Of a stretch of 64,000 nucleotides of DNA, positions 27,053 to 40,186 are shown in pieces. A program made the position numbers and the translations under genes. The notes beneath the pieces are model-generated. The model was not told where the DNA came from. It ran no database searches and worked only from the letters and a program-made list of their open reading frames with translations. The stretch comes from Eledone cirrhosa. Lineage: Eukaryota. Positions within the stretch are counted from its first letter, which is position 1. The number at the start of each line of letters is the position of its first letter. The stretch is from contig OZ024742.1 of assembly GCA_964016885.1 (NCBI GenBank), positions 266,972,001-267,036,000 on the forward strand, written 5' to 3'.

Positions 27053-27911
27053 AGAGAAAGAGAGAGGAGGGATGAACATGATAGAAAGAAGGGTGAAAGT
27101 ATAGTGGACAAGTTCAAATTCGCTTATCGTCCTTTGCTGTAAAGTTGATTTATGTCGCATCGGCTACCAGGTTCTGTATTCATCACTGTTTTGAATATAG
27201 CAACAAAATAAAAAAAGAATTAAATAAAAGATGTGCATAATCGGATACATTTACGAAACTCCTGTAAATATGCAGCTTGTGCGAAATTAATACAGCTTCT
27301 GCCTTAGAATATAAGTTGTAGTACCAATATATGATATTTCGAAACATTCTAGATACAACCTGTAGAAGTGCGACAACATTTAAAAGAATTAGATTTAAAA
27401 TGTTTGATATTATAAATATTAATGTTTCTTACGATCAAACATAATATTTGAAACTTGAAAATCCTGATAAATAATTTATTCGAAGCTGATTAAACATTGA
27501 TATTAATCTTGTAAATTTTTGAATTTATGCGTTAATATTTTGGCTTCTTTCTGAATCAAAGGTATCTCGTAGTCATATTTATTTCTTACCTTAAAACAAA
27601 ATAAGCTAAACAACACAAGATTTGAGACCGGGTGTTGACACTGAAACAATTACAACAAAGAACAATACTTTCGGCCATTCAAAATCATCAGACACATATT
27701 CTGTTATATTAAAAATAAAACGTTATACTTAGTAATATAGTTAATGTGAAACATTATGAGATATGTAATAAGAGACAGATAATTTTCAAAAAGCCAGTAC
27801 AATGCGGTAGAAGGGTATAAAGGGAAAATAATAACAAATAAAACAAAACAAAGTAATATTTTACCCAATATATTTCAGTATCATATTTCAATTGAGTAGC
27901 TGAAATATACG

Positions 27912-28033
27912 GACCGTAAGGATGAAAGGCAAAGTTAACCTCGGCAGGATTTGAACTCAGAACGTAATGGACCATAACTCTGTGCCGCAAAGCATGGTGT
28001 CTGGCTCTCTATCGATACTGCCAATACACCACC
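27912..28033 (-). mobile_element. Family-1 SINE, 5' part
   Basis: A and B boxes; homology to 17615..17801. Confidence 0.8.
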
Positions 28034-28053
28034 TTTAGTCCCAGATAAATAAT

Positions 28054-28191
28054 GATTTCTAGTATAGGCACAAGGCCAGTAATTTTGGGGAGGGGAAAGT
28101 CGATTAAATCAACCCCAGTAGTTACTGGTGCCTTATTTTATCGACCCCATAAGGATGAAAGGCAAAGTTTACCTCGGCGGGATTTGAACTC
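28054..28191 (-). mobile_element. 5'-truncated family-1 SINE with 17-bp TSD
   Basis: AGTCCCAGATAAATAAT at 28037-28053 and 28192-28208. Confidence 0.88.
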
Positions 28192-28377
28192 AGTCCCAGA
28201 TAAATAATAAATTGAAAATGCACGAAGCAAACTGGTTACTATAACGACGTCACGCATGCTTATTTCAGACATGTCAGCCAGCTAAGGAAGAACACACCGA
28301 TCGTTTGTTTTATTTTGAACTGTTTCAGCTTCACATTTGAAAAAAGGTTAGCCCTGAAATATCATGTTGAAATATAC

Positions 28378-28409
<32 letters not shown>

Positions 28410-28643
28410 TTACTTTGTTTTGTTTTTGTTTTTCTTTGCCATTTATATTTTTCTACCGCATTGTACCTGTTTTTTGAAAGTTATCGGTCTGTTATATTGA
28501 GTATTTTAGCTGATTCTGTAACACAATTGTAGTGGAATTATATCACTGACCATGTCAGAGAGAGTGCAACGAAACTTTTCTTGAAACCAGGAAAGAAAGA
28601 AATCAAAACTATTTCGTTTTCTCGTATTCTTTTATATTTACAG

Positions 28644-28843
28644 ATTGTTTATTTGAATGTTCTTGTATTGCCGGAGGGACAGATTTTGATCATGCAGCTA
28701 TTAGAGGAAACTGTACCCATTATATATACTGCTATGGCGGAAGTGAACATGTGATAGCCTGCCCAAATGGATATTTTTACAGCTACAAAAGTGAACAGGG
28801 AAGCATACCATGTGAACCAACAGCTGACAACTGCAGTCCTTAA
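28644..28843 (+). CDS. Terminal exon encoding a chitin-binding type-2 (CBM14/peritrophin-A) domain
   Basis: Acceptor TTTTATATTTACAG, phase 1. Translation (D)CLFECSCIAGGTDFDHAAIRGNCTHYIYCYGGSEHVIACPNGYFYSYKSEQGSIPCEPTADNCSP* has the six-Cys spacing with NCxxYxxC and CPxGxFY. Not in the ORF track. Confidence 0.8.
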
Positions 28844-29283
28844 CTGTTATATGATTGTTGTATTTAGACTCTTTCAATTGTTTCAATTACATCTTCTCAA
28901 ACTACAAAACTTGCTTATGTCCATACAAAAACTACATGCTGTGTTTCAATGCTGAGTCCGTATATAAAGCAAAACTACATATATCTTAAAGGAATGCGTT
29001 CTTCTTAGCTTTGTTGTATCATTCGCCATTTTGCCATATACATTAACTTAGATGAATATACTTCTTCAGAGAATGAAAATGATAATTTTAAATAAATGTC
29101 AGATGTGCTCGCCACTTTTTTTACAGGTGTTACCCTAGTAATACGACGAAATGCACGATGCATTATCAATGTAAAAAGAAGAAAAGAACTGACGTATAAC
29201 ATGTAAAAATAACGTTTTCATTCCCGTCAACAAGTTTTGACAAACTCGTCTCGGATGACGCTGCTGCTGCTGCTGCTGCTCTG

Positions 29284-29319
<36 letters not shown>

Positions 29320-30217
29320 TCGTCATGGCAATGGCATTTGTTAATTTACTGCAACCATTTCATTTTTACTGTTGTTAACCATCTCGTAAAATGTTTGGAG
29401 AGCATTTCTTTTTATGCTACAATATATCAACAAAGACATTTCAATTAAGAGATGTGAAACTTCTTACCATGCGATTGTTACATAATACAAAGAGAATACA
29501 TATAAAGTGATATCCTAGGAAACTGTGAAGTTACGATACTTTGAATTTATAAACTTACAATGAGGCTTGGATGGAAATAGAACGGATAAGAATAAAATTA
29601 ATGAGATTTCTTTTAAAAGAAACAAATAAAATTTTATTGAAAAAGACTTGATTAACAATAAATTTTTGACACCGATTAAATATAAAGTATAACATTTTCA
29701 TATTAAAACTTATGAATTATCGAAGTGCTGGGAGTGTTTGAAATTTGAAAATTTGGAAATGTGAGGGTTTCGAACACTGAAAATAAGTTTAATATTAGTC
29801 GGTTATTTTAGGAAATAATTGACAAAATTAGATAAATTTCATTCAGAGACGAAAAAAGTGGACAGAGTTGCTCACCATGTAGCACCTCTATCCCCTTCTT
29901 TTATTCCCAGAGTAATTTACGAATTTTTTCAACTATCATATTTATTGTTCAATTGTTGTTAAAATTATTTTCTGTGTTTGGGACTCTCACACATTCAAAA
30001 TTTCATATTGTCATATTTATTATCTCTAAAGTTTAAGTAAATTAAAAAAAGAGCATGCGAAGGGTGAGCGAACTGATCCAGTACATTACTGTAAGATTCA
30101 AAGTTAATGTCAACTGAGGTAGAATATGAACGCAAAACAAGAGACGGTATATCTAAATAGCAGCAGATATATGAGCTCTGTGGGGCCAATAAAGGAATCA
30201 TCATTATTATTATTATT

Positions 30218-33200
30218 GGCTGTCAGACAGTGTAGACATGTTTTCTGGAGCTCCGAAAAAGTGGTAAATTTTCAGTTTTGTTTTCATTTGTAATATATGT
30301 TGCATTTTTTAAAAATAGGTCTTTGCCCTATGAAACGCTTTAATATTTGGGTCTTTTGGCCCAACTTTTTGAACATTGTGTTTTTAAAATGTTTTATCGG
30401 AAGAAAATACATAACTAAGGCACGTACCTCCCCCCGCAACTGTAAGTCTGCTGTCGTGTGACAACGGCTTAAACATTGAGAGGCGGGATACAACAAAACT
30501 TTATACTACAACACATTTAGCAACACCACCACAAACAACATGAATAACAGCAACAGTGAGAACACTAACAAAAAAAAAAAAAAAAAATGACAACACCAAG
30601 CACTACAGTAACAGCGACAACTACAACACAGACAACAGAAACAATGACAACAAAAACAACAACGAAAATAACGCCACCAATAAGAACATAAACAGCGAAA
30701 GCACCAAAAACCCTCTGCACCAAAAACAATAACAGCGGCACCAAAGATATGACCAACTGCAACAACAAGAACAAGAACAACAACAACAACAACATTACGA
30801 GCAAGAAAACTGTCGCTACAGCAACAACCAAAGAGAGGTTATGCTTCAGCATGGAGCTCACGAATAAAGATGAAAAGTTAGCCAAAGCTTGCAAGCTCAT
30901 CAAATAAGAGCAAACCTGGGCCAACTTAAGTGTCCCGACAGAAGCCATTGAAGTAGTGGAGCGTAGAACAGTGCATTTCAGATGCTTTAATTGCCCAGTC
31001 AGATATTGAAGTCACGCTGAGGTGCATCAGGGATGACAATGAGTACATAGCGAGATCAGACCCGAGGATGTAAAAACAATCCCGGACCACATCCGTCTCC
31101 AGAACGGGACCGTGTTACATATAATGACCGAGGGCAAAATGCCGCATTGTTTCGTTTGCGGAGACAACCCATTTGTGAGCCTTCTGCCCTCAGCTTCTGA
31201 AAGGTGCAAAGGGTTGAAGGTCTCCACTGCTGCCGACGCTGGGACGAGGACTACCACCATTATCAGCAACGGCAAAACCAACGGAAACGCCACCACCAAC
31301 ATTGGCCACCCAGGCAGGAAACGAAGAATATTCTCCCATTCCGCTCCCCGCAACAATACACTCATCAACAAAGACATACCACACGCACAGTCACAGATAT
31401 ACGTACAGCCACAGACACCTCATCTTCCAGTAGTGAAGATGAGGGAAAACCCAAACAAAAAAGGAAACACACAAAGAAAGTCCACAAAGCACAAACACAT
31501 TCACAATAAAAAATGCAGACACAACCTACGCAACATTTCCCAAACAACACCTACACCAACAACAACAACACCAACACCATCACCAGAATCCTCCAAACGC
31601 AAACAACCTAAACAGACACAAGAACAAATGAAAATACAAACATCTGAAACCGCAGACACCGCACCCACAACAAACACAGACCCACCCGAAACAACACCAA
31701 CAAAACCATCACCACCACAGTCACCCAAACGAAAACAAATAAAACCGCACCAACAAAACATCAGAATACTTCATGCTTGTCAGAAGTGCCAACGCAAATT
31801 CTTGGCACTCGTAGTACGAAGTAAAGAATTTCAAACAGGGGGGCTATTTTTGAATCGAGCACATTTCACGCACCAGAAGATTGTTTCTGGTACGAATGTC
31901 GCTCGATTCCTATATAGGAATTCGGGAAAGCTTTCCTCGGGACGTGGTAACCTCAAACGTGGTGAAACCCACATCGAGACTTTTAAAGGGGTTCGCAAAA
32001 GAAACCCCACCAACTATGGAGTCCGAACTACCCGACGCCCACACGACCCTGGGAAGTAAGTAAACCTTTCCTCTCCCTTTTAACCTGCCAAAATCATCAG
32101 ATTAAGTGTAGGAAGTTAAGAGGCCTGGGATTGCCTTGGAAGCAGGGTCACCTGCTCAATGACCTCATGCCTCTAGAGATGGATGTAACAGCTGGCAGCG
32201 AAACAAGGATTTCCGACACGCGCGCACTAGCAACCATTTTCTACGACTACCAGATCTTCTCATCTGTTATCGGCCGGGAATGTGAGGTGGGATGACAGTG
32301 TTGTTTAGGAAAGACCTGGATCTCGAGGTAAGTCGATCTTCCGGGACCGGAACGGTAAGCTGGTGGTCCTGGACCTATGAAATAGCGAAGGTGGTGCCTT
32401 TAGACTGGTTGCTTTCTACGCCCCTACCGGGGCCGAACGGCAAGACTACTTTAGGCGCTTGCATGCCTTTCTGGGTACATCATGCCTTTACTATTAGCGG
32501 GGGAGTGGAACGACATCTTAGACGCACGCTGGCATTGAGTGAGAGTAGCTGATAGGAGCGGGGTGGGTGGTGGTGCAAAAGCCTGACGTACCTGATCAGC
32601 CAGTTCCAACAGTCTGACAGGTACCTACAAGATTTCCCAAATACGCTAGTGTGGACCTAAACCAACCGCATAGGGTCATCTAGATCATATCGAGACAGGT
32701 TTTCATTAGAAAAATAGGACCGCTGCAAAAAGCTAATAACTTCAGCCGATATTCACGATGCCCTAGTCGGCTGCACGAGACGCAAGTCAGCCTGTTTGCA
32801 TGGTTTGCCATACGAGCTTTAGGTAAATATGCCAGGCTTGAACTCCAATCTTCTCGAAGGGCTCTACTTCAACTGACAATTGAACGGGAGTATTCCCAGT
32901 TCTGTGAGGTGGGGCATAATGACGCTGATAAGGAAAGACGAGAACACAAGGGACACATTAGATAACTTCAGGCCCATAACCGCAGCGTTTAAGATGTTGA
33001 CCAAGGTTTTAGCGAAGATGTTGGCACTTGTTTTTGAGGATTTGTTTGATGGGGCACAAACATGCGCAATCCCGACCAGGTCCATACACGACAACGCCCA
33101 CCTCATGCGAAATATCATGGAAAGTGTAGGGTGTAAACCTGACTTCGGTGGGGGCTCTGATCAATTTAGATCTATCGAAAGCATTTGATAGTGTCGACCA

Positions 33201-34675
33201 TCGATACCTATAGGCTGGACGCGGAGAAGCTATGTCAGCTTATGCGGTGGACCACACCGTGATGATGTCAGACAGCTCTGAAATCGAGGTGGTCGCCACT
33301 TTATTGGAGGAATATGAAAGTTTGACTGAATCTAAACTTAACCCGGAAAAGTTGGTGGGCTTGCAGCTGAGCACCTGGAGAGGCAAGGCCATGCCATCCA
33401 ATAGCGTAATTGCGTGCTACATGGTTGGACCGGTAAAGTTGCTGGGATGAGGTGAAGAACAGAGTAGCCAGTCTCTGGCGAGGAAGCTGTCACTGAAAGG
33501 TCGGGTGGATGAGGCAAATTCGTACATCGTGCCTATCATCTACTACCCCTGTCCGTGTTTCGCCAAATTGGAAGGGCTCCTCTTCAACTTCTTGTGAAGG
33601 GGAGAGGTTCTGTTGGTGATGCCCATATATGCGCTGAGGCTACGGCACCTCCAGATATTGTAGTGTGGTCGTCGTTTGTCGGACGGGCCTTAGCGCAGCT
33701 TTTCTCTTTGACTGAGCTGCAGTCCTGGGTGAAGAAGAGACCGAGACTGGGTGACTGGCATCTGGAATGTTGCCAGGCGCCCACTGCTTTCTACCAAGCG
33801 GCAATGCAGTCAACTGACACCCACTCTCGAGTTCTATAGAGCATTCGTGGTGGGCAAGTGCGACGACGACATGGAGAGGCTCTGGGCGTCGACGAAATCG
33901 ATCTAACCAGTCTGTTGCGGAAGACGATGGATAATTTGCAGAAATCCCTCGCTTGGCTGTGTTACCGATGGGCACTGCCGGTTCATGTTAAACTCTACAG
34001 GCACGAAGTGCTGTCAGACGGACCTGCCCGAGATGCGCTCAGAGCGACGAAACCATTCTGCACGCATTCTTCCAGTGTCTGTGCATTACTGACTTGTGGA
34101 GTTATGTCGAACATCTGTTTTCACGTGTAGGACGGATCCGGCTATCGGCCGAGTCCACAGTGAAGTTCGAGTCGCAGGCTTTTTTTTATCCAGGAATGCA
34201 ATATTCCTGTCCGGTGGCAGTTGCCAAAGAGGGTGTACGGCGGACCAGGCTGAAAGGACTGAAGATACACTATTATCTGTTTGACCAATCCCTCATCAAC
34301 TTTTTCAATTTTCCTTAGAAAGGTAGGTGAGGGTGAAGAGAGAAGTGCTGCCCCTCAGTACATTGGCGAGTATGGTCGATGGGAGTGGGCCTACACTGAT
34401 CATGCGCATCTAGGCTGGTTAATTTGAGGGGTAGAGGGGTACTTCCCAGGAGCTCTCGAAGCATCGGTTGGTTCAGGATTGGTTGGCTACCAGAGTCAAA
34501 CCTGGGTGGTTATCTCTGCTATTGGGGAACTCTGTTGTTTTTAATGTTCTTGTTTATTGTTATTGTTTTCATATTTTACTCGATTTTTGTGTAAATCCCC
34601 CACTGTCCGCGTCTACTGTATTGACCCCCTAGATCTCAGCCATTGTGGCCAATAAATGAAATAATAATAATAATT
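30218..34675 (+). mobile_element. L1/Tx1-type LINE, copy D, degenerate with internal deletions
   Basis: ORF1 remnant (GKMPHCFVCG), APE remnant at 32100-32700, RT (NFRPIT, QTCAIPTRSIHDN), terminus TTGTGGCCAATAAATGAAA followed by (TAA)n. Confidence 0.85.
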
Positions 34676-34724
34676 ATTATTATTAGTAGCAGCAGCAGCA
34701 ATAGCAATAACATCATCAGCAGCA

Positions 34725-35015
34725 GGCCCTAAAGATGGCCTTTGAACGTTCACTTTGAAATATCTCTGCGGCGGTGCTGCCAGCAAAGACGAATCCGATG
34801 GTAACAATTTAAAGTTGGTGGCCCTGAAGGGGAACTTTTAACGTTCACTGTGAAATATCTCAGCGGCGGTGCTGCCAGCAAAGATGAATCCGATGGTAAC
34901 AATTTAAACTTGGTGGCCCTGAAGAGGGCTTAGGTTCGTTCACTCTTAAAAGTCACAGCGGCAGAGCTGTCAGCAAAGACAACTCCGATTAGAGGTGGTG
35001 GCCTTTAAAAAGTTT
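34725..35015 (-). repeat. 95-bp tandem repeat, ~3 units, each boundary carrying a histone-3'-stem-loop-like motif
   Basis: Motifs start at 34725, 34820, 34915 and 35000. Best copy on minus strand: AGCCCT-CTTC-AGGGCC-ACCA. Confidence 0.8.
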
Positions 35016-35376
35016 TTTAAACCACTTTGGTGTGTCGAATTTGCTTTGCTTGTTATTTGAGATTGTAACCTAGAAAATCATGTAACAGTCGGTGGCCACA
35101 AAAACAGCCTTGGCAAGATCACGCTGGAATGTAAAAAAAAATGTGTAAATAAGATGTAGGGAAAAGTAGATTAAAACTACTGAACATCGATTGCAAAGCA
35201 TAATAGCAACATATAATTGCGGAGAAGGGAGACATTGAACATTTATAACGTATAACAAAAGCAACCTCAGAAGCGTACGTGGTATTTTCAAAAGGACAAA
35301 ATAGCACACGCATACAGTAAATGTAAGCACTTATACAAAAAAAAAAACAGCGATTACTTGTTGGCGGATGGGGTGC

Positions 35377-38300
35377 CTACAAAACTTCCTTATAGACTAT
35401 ATTTTGGGTTTTCTCGCGAGCTGCAACAGCAAATAGGTTATGTCGGCTCCCCACTCGAGAGCAGCCAACATATAGTTGACCATGGGAGAAGCACGGTTCT
35501 TCTAAATTAAGCCCTACGACCGTCACCGACTGACCCTGTGATTTGTTAATCGACATGGCGAAACTGAGTCGGAGAGGGAATTGCAGTCTTCTGAATGTGA
35601 AAGGAATGTCTTTACCGGATGGAATAAGAGGTTTCCTTGGTGTGAAGACAGTATGCCCCTTACCACATCCTGTAAGTATTGTTGCGTCAATAACATAAGG
35701 CATCGCCTTTTGGATGACCAGACGCGTGCCGTTGGAAAGCTTTCGGGGTTCCAAATTTCTGAGGAGCATGACAGGGGCACCTTTCTTAAGTCGCAGTAAG
35801 TGTGGTGGCAATCCGGGGGGGTCTAGGGAGTTAAGAAATTATGTGGGGTAATTAACAACTTCGTCCGGATCAACTATAGAGTCAAGGGACTTGTAGACAT
35901 GCAGGTTTCCAGGCAAGCACAGCATGAGCTGTTCATTGATGCTTCCAACTATGTGGTTTTTCGAAGCCAATATTGCGCGTTCACACAACTACTCTTGATT
36001 TGTGTAGTTCTCCTCAAGATTAGGAATAACAGACGTCCGTAACTCAGCAATTGACTTAACGCATCTGCAAATCCTTGTGAGTTCCGCTGTACCATCTCCG
36101 TCGAGTGGGACTTTGCCATCTCCCAACAACAAAATAGCAGCAGCAAAACCCGCTGATGTCTCATCACCTTGCAGTTGTGCTCCCATGTTTGTTGTAAGCG
36201 TCAGATTTCTTACATAACGCCAAAGTGGGGAGGCCTTAAGGCATGCACCAACCTCATCAGCCCACGTACCTTTTGGGATTGCAGGCAGAGTCTGTCGGAA
36301 GTCACCAGATAACAGGAAAGTGACACCTTCCATTGGTTCTTGACAGTCCCGGATGTCTCTGTGTGATCGGTCTAATGCCCCAAAAGCCGCCCTGTTGGCC
36401 ATTGTGCATTCGTCTCAAACAATTAGTAGGCAGCGCTTTAACACCAGCACTTTTCCGGAAGACTTGCTGATTTTGCACGTGTGTGTCTCAGATGATACCA
36501 CGTTGAGAGGAAGACTGAAGGCAAAATGGGCCGTTCTGCCACCAGGCAGCAAAGTTGCTGCAATGCCTGAAGAAGCCACGGCCAATGCGATGTTTCCGTG
36601 TTGCCTCAATGCAACGAGTAAAAGTTTGATTACAAATGTTTTGCCCGTCCCTCCAGGTGCGTCCAGGAAGAATATACACCCTCCTCGATTACGGATGGAA
36701 TCAACGACAATGTTGTAGGTTTGTTTTTGATCCATTAGAAGTTTTGGTTCATTCTCTTCAACATACCTTTTGAGTTCGTCGACATCACATGACGTTTCAG
36801 GTACAATGTCGTTGGGAATGTCAGATGGCGCATCTCGAAGTGTTTGCGGAAGCCCATATTTCTCCAAGACATTTCCGCCCATTGAAGCCACTCTGTCTGC
36901 AATATCGATCAGAGCTCTGTTATATATAGCGTCTGAAAAGCTTGAGATTGCGATTGAGCAAGACGCCTATATTCGTCTGCGAAATCATCTTTAAACTTTT
37001 GCCATAAAGAGAAAGGATCGCTCAATTCACAGACTTGCAAGAGCATAGCAAAAAGTGCTCTTAGACTACGGGATGATTGTGAGATGGCAGCTTCCGTCAA
37101 GGTTGCGTCCCATTGTGAGTCATCTTCTAAAAGTCCATAACTCAAGCAGGCTTCCCTGTACGTTCCGCAGGCGTATGCATCGACGGTTCTCAGATGAGTG
37201 AAGCTAGTCGTCCCTCTTACCTCATGAAGCAAAAGTCGCAGGTAGAAGCATTCGTGTTGGGTAGGGTGGACCGTATAAACTCTCCCAAGGCAATTGTCGA
37301 ATTTGATGCCTGGATGTCCAACCACCTCTTGTCCTACCTTCCTTCGTAGCCATATTGTCCGGTTCCATGTAGAGTAAGACGGTATTTCAGAATACAACAG
37401 AGTTCGAGCGAATGTTGATAAAGTTTGAAAAAAGCGGTGAGTGTAGTTTCCTTTGGTGAGATCGCTAGCTGAGCAGATGTTGCATCATTGAAATACACCC
37501 GTTGACCGTTTCCAACGTGAACGTCAAGTTGTTTAATGACGGGGTTTCGTTGGTGCAGTGGGAAATAAAACGCGCCAAAAGGCTTCATTGCTGCTAGTCA
37601 GATACCTCGTCTCTATTGTTTTCATGACGAAGACCAAAGACGGCAGCATCCGATACCTTGTTTACGTACTTACAAACGTATTTAATTGATTTTACTGAGT
37701 TGCAAAATTCAACGTTTATATGGGAGTTGGACGCTTTCAAAAGGAGGGTGCAATATGGCACTATCCAGCTGTTGTCGATTTCACGTTCGCCAACTTTTGC
37801 TGTAAACCCACCGTCTTCAGGTCTCTTGCGCCTATACAACGGATATCTGTCACCGTCAGTCTGTGTTTCCTGGGATATCGTTTTGTACACTTTCCGTCGT
37901 GTATGCACGGGGTCTTCATCTTGAGTCCATGTCCGCAAGGACCATGGACCATGTTTGATGTGACTATAGAGAAGAGGTCCTTGTTAATCGACAGATCAGG
38001 TAGTTCAGCAGAAATGAATTTGTCGAGGTAGTTTGAACTGATTTTTGTAACCAGCCAAATAAAGATATGGGCATGCGGCAGCCCTCGTTTCTGCCATTCA
38101 ACCCTGTACATGTCGCACCTGACAGGCCCCAAAACGTGTCCTTTCTTTAATAAATCCATTAATTTGGATAATTTCAGGCGAAACACTCTTGCTATGAGAT
38201 CGTGCCTGTGTCTTGGCGCTTGACCTTGGAACAGTTCGTTTGTAATCTCCTTCCACTTGGGATTGCATGTAAACGTTATGAAAAGGTCGGGGCGCCCATA

Positions 38301-39348
38301 ATGTCGTACGTAGGTCATGGCGTCCTGAGTCCTCTCGTGCATGTATCGGGGTCCCCCTGTGAACGTTGAAGGCAAAATACACACTTTCCCTAAATTTTCT
38401 GGGGATACGTCGTTGTTAATTCCATCGCGCAGATGAATGTAGCATTCAGATCGAAGTTTCTTTTGATTTAATTTAATGAACCATAATCTCTCGGACTCCA
38501 TTTTAACGGTCATATCAACAGAAACTTGTTGGAAAAGGTCCCAAGAACGGTGTAGATGGTTGAATGAATTGATAGATTCCAACGAAGTATAACTGAAGAA
38601 ATTGAGGATCCTTTTCTGCCAGAGGCTGAATAGAAACAATCAATTGGTAGATCTGCCACTAGACATTGAAAGTTGGCATGAACCCACGTTCCGAGGCAAG
38701 CTTTGCTCCGAAGGATGTCATCTGAAACGCGGAATTGTAGCGGCGGATATTACGCAGAAACGTCGATGATTCCTCCGTCGTGTCTGTCAAAAGGAGTTGA
38801 AATGTCTCTGGAGGGTCGTGAATAGGAGGTAGTCTTACTTTACCGTTTGAACAGCACATTCCATCTCTCTCTCCTGGTCAATTTTTCGTACGACAAAACT
38901 AGCAAGTAGAGGTCATTTCCCCAATTTGAATATTTTCATGGACGGCGTAGTCGGAGGAGGGGTCCTAGTTAAAGGCCTTCAACATCCATCGTGAATTGCA
39001 AGTCCTAGAAATGCCATGTAACGATGATCGCCGCTGTTCACTTTGCAGAAGTCGGCCACGTCGTTGCCCTATGGTTTCAGTATTTTGTGCAGCAGCAGTG
39101 GCAGTGGCGTCCCTGCTTGGTCGAACGGCGCGTCGTCCTTCATCCTCTCGTGCGCGAGCAGTGAATATTGCAGCGGCGTCCCTGCTACGTCGAACGGCAC
39201 GTCGTCCTTCATCCTCTCGTGCGCGAGCAGCAGCAGTCGCGGCAGCACTTTTGTTCCGTCGAAGTTCACGCCGACTGTCATCCCCCTCCGCTCTTGCAGC
39301 TGCCGTCTGCACAGCATTCTGTGAGAGCCTGATCGCAGTTGCATTCAC
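35377..39348 (-). pseudogene. Helitron Rep (HUH) and PIF1-like helicase, frameshifted
   Basis: Rep motifs PDLFITFTCNPKW, EWQKRGLPHAHI, KYVCKYVNK; helicase motifs [40 protein letters not shown]; N-terminal Zn motif (MCCSNGKV) and 23-aa repeats. Confidence 0.95.
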
Positions 39349-39754
39349 ATCTTGGGTGTGACGCCTTCGCTTAGGCCTACTTGCATCATTAGATAATCGA
39401 CCAATGAGAGTTCTAGAAGATTAACCAGGGAGAACGATAAGTAGTGGACAAATAACGTTTAAATAAGCAAAAAAACACGGATATAAATTGTGAAAAAATG
39501 TGATAAATCTATGTGGTCTGAGAAAGTGGGTATGTTTTGCAAGATTTTGTGTACCAGTCAAATTTCAGGTTTTAAGTTAGGGGCGACGCAAAGTAAGTAC
39601 TAACCATTAAAAGGATACAGGCAAAAATGGCCGAAAAATCACAGCATGATAAACTGGAACCTTATGACCATAAACACATTAACTAAACCTCCTTTACCCC
39701 TTTAGTGTTCACCGGTAGTTCGTTCGGAGCAAATTTTCTCACAGTGAGATATGT

Positions 39755-39883
39755 ATTAGCCGTCGAAACGGCTTGAGCTCAGCCGTCGGGGTCTTACTGG
39801 TTCCTATTACCCACTCTACTCCCCCAAGTATTGAGTACTTTGGTGCGTTATGGTCCACCTGGTTCCTTACCACATTTCCTTCG

Positions 39884-39885
<2 letters not shown>
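39755..39885 (+). mobile_element. Short (TA)n-terminated element carrying a hammerhead 3' half
   Basis: GCCGTC-GAA-ACGGCT-TGAGCTC-AGCCGT-C-GGGGTC; same family as 10114 and 53000. Confidence 0.65.
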
Positions 39886-39916
<31 letters not shown>

Positions 39917-39919
<3 letters not shown>

Positions 39920-40144
39920 TAAAAACGAAAAATCAGTGAAGCATCTGGACTCAGTTTATTGCGTGTTACAATTGTTTCTCCGGCAGGTAGCTCGAAACAT
40001 GATCACTGCATGGATCTGGCTGATACCTGCAGCCGTAGAATCAGCCAGATCCATGCAGTGATCATGTCTCGAGCTACCTGCCGGAGAAACAATTGTAACA
40101 TGCAATAAACTGAGTCCAGATGCATCACTGATTTTTCGTTTTTA

Positions 40145-40147
<3 letters not shown>
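39917..40147. repeat. Near-perfect hairpin (108-bp arms, 15-nt loop) embedded in (TA)n
   Basis: 39917-40024 versus 40040-40147: 3 mismatches by eye. Confidence 0.95.

Positions 40148-40186
<39 letters not shown>

Larger units (their letters stand above)
27772..28495. mobile_element. Fold-back/MITE-like element with ~120-bp inverted arms enclosing two SINEs
   Basis: 27772-27890 is the approximate reverse complement of 28355-28495 (GTACAATGCGGTAGAA / TTCTACCGCATTGTAC). Confidence 0.55.
34725..39749 (-). mobile_element. Autonomous-type Helitron, inactivated
   Basis: Rep/Hel coding fragments over 35377-39350; candidate 5' A|TC terminus at 39749 with hairpin TCTCACTGTGAGA; no canonical 3' CTRR terminus found. 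Confidence 0.88.

Noticed and set aside
27625-27697. CTGATGA...GAAA on the minus strand
   Set aside because: Stem II (TTTTGAATGGCC) and stem III cannot pair; not a supportable hammerhead.
28379-28407. 29-nt poly-G run as a functional G-quadruplex
   Set aside because: It is a homopolymer expansion in one arm of a fold-back element and is absent from the other arm.
34725-35015. CRISPR-like periodicity here and at 15721-16046
   Set aside because: Whole units repeat with no unique spacers, there are no cas genes, and the context is eukaryotic.
35070-35073. CTAG as the Helitron 3' terminus
   Set aside because: Not followed by T in element orientation, and no GC-rich subterminal hairpin.
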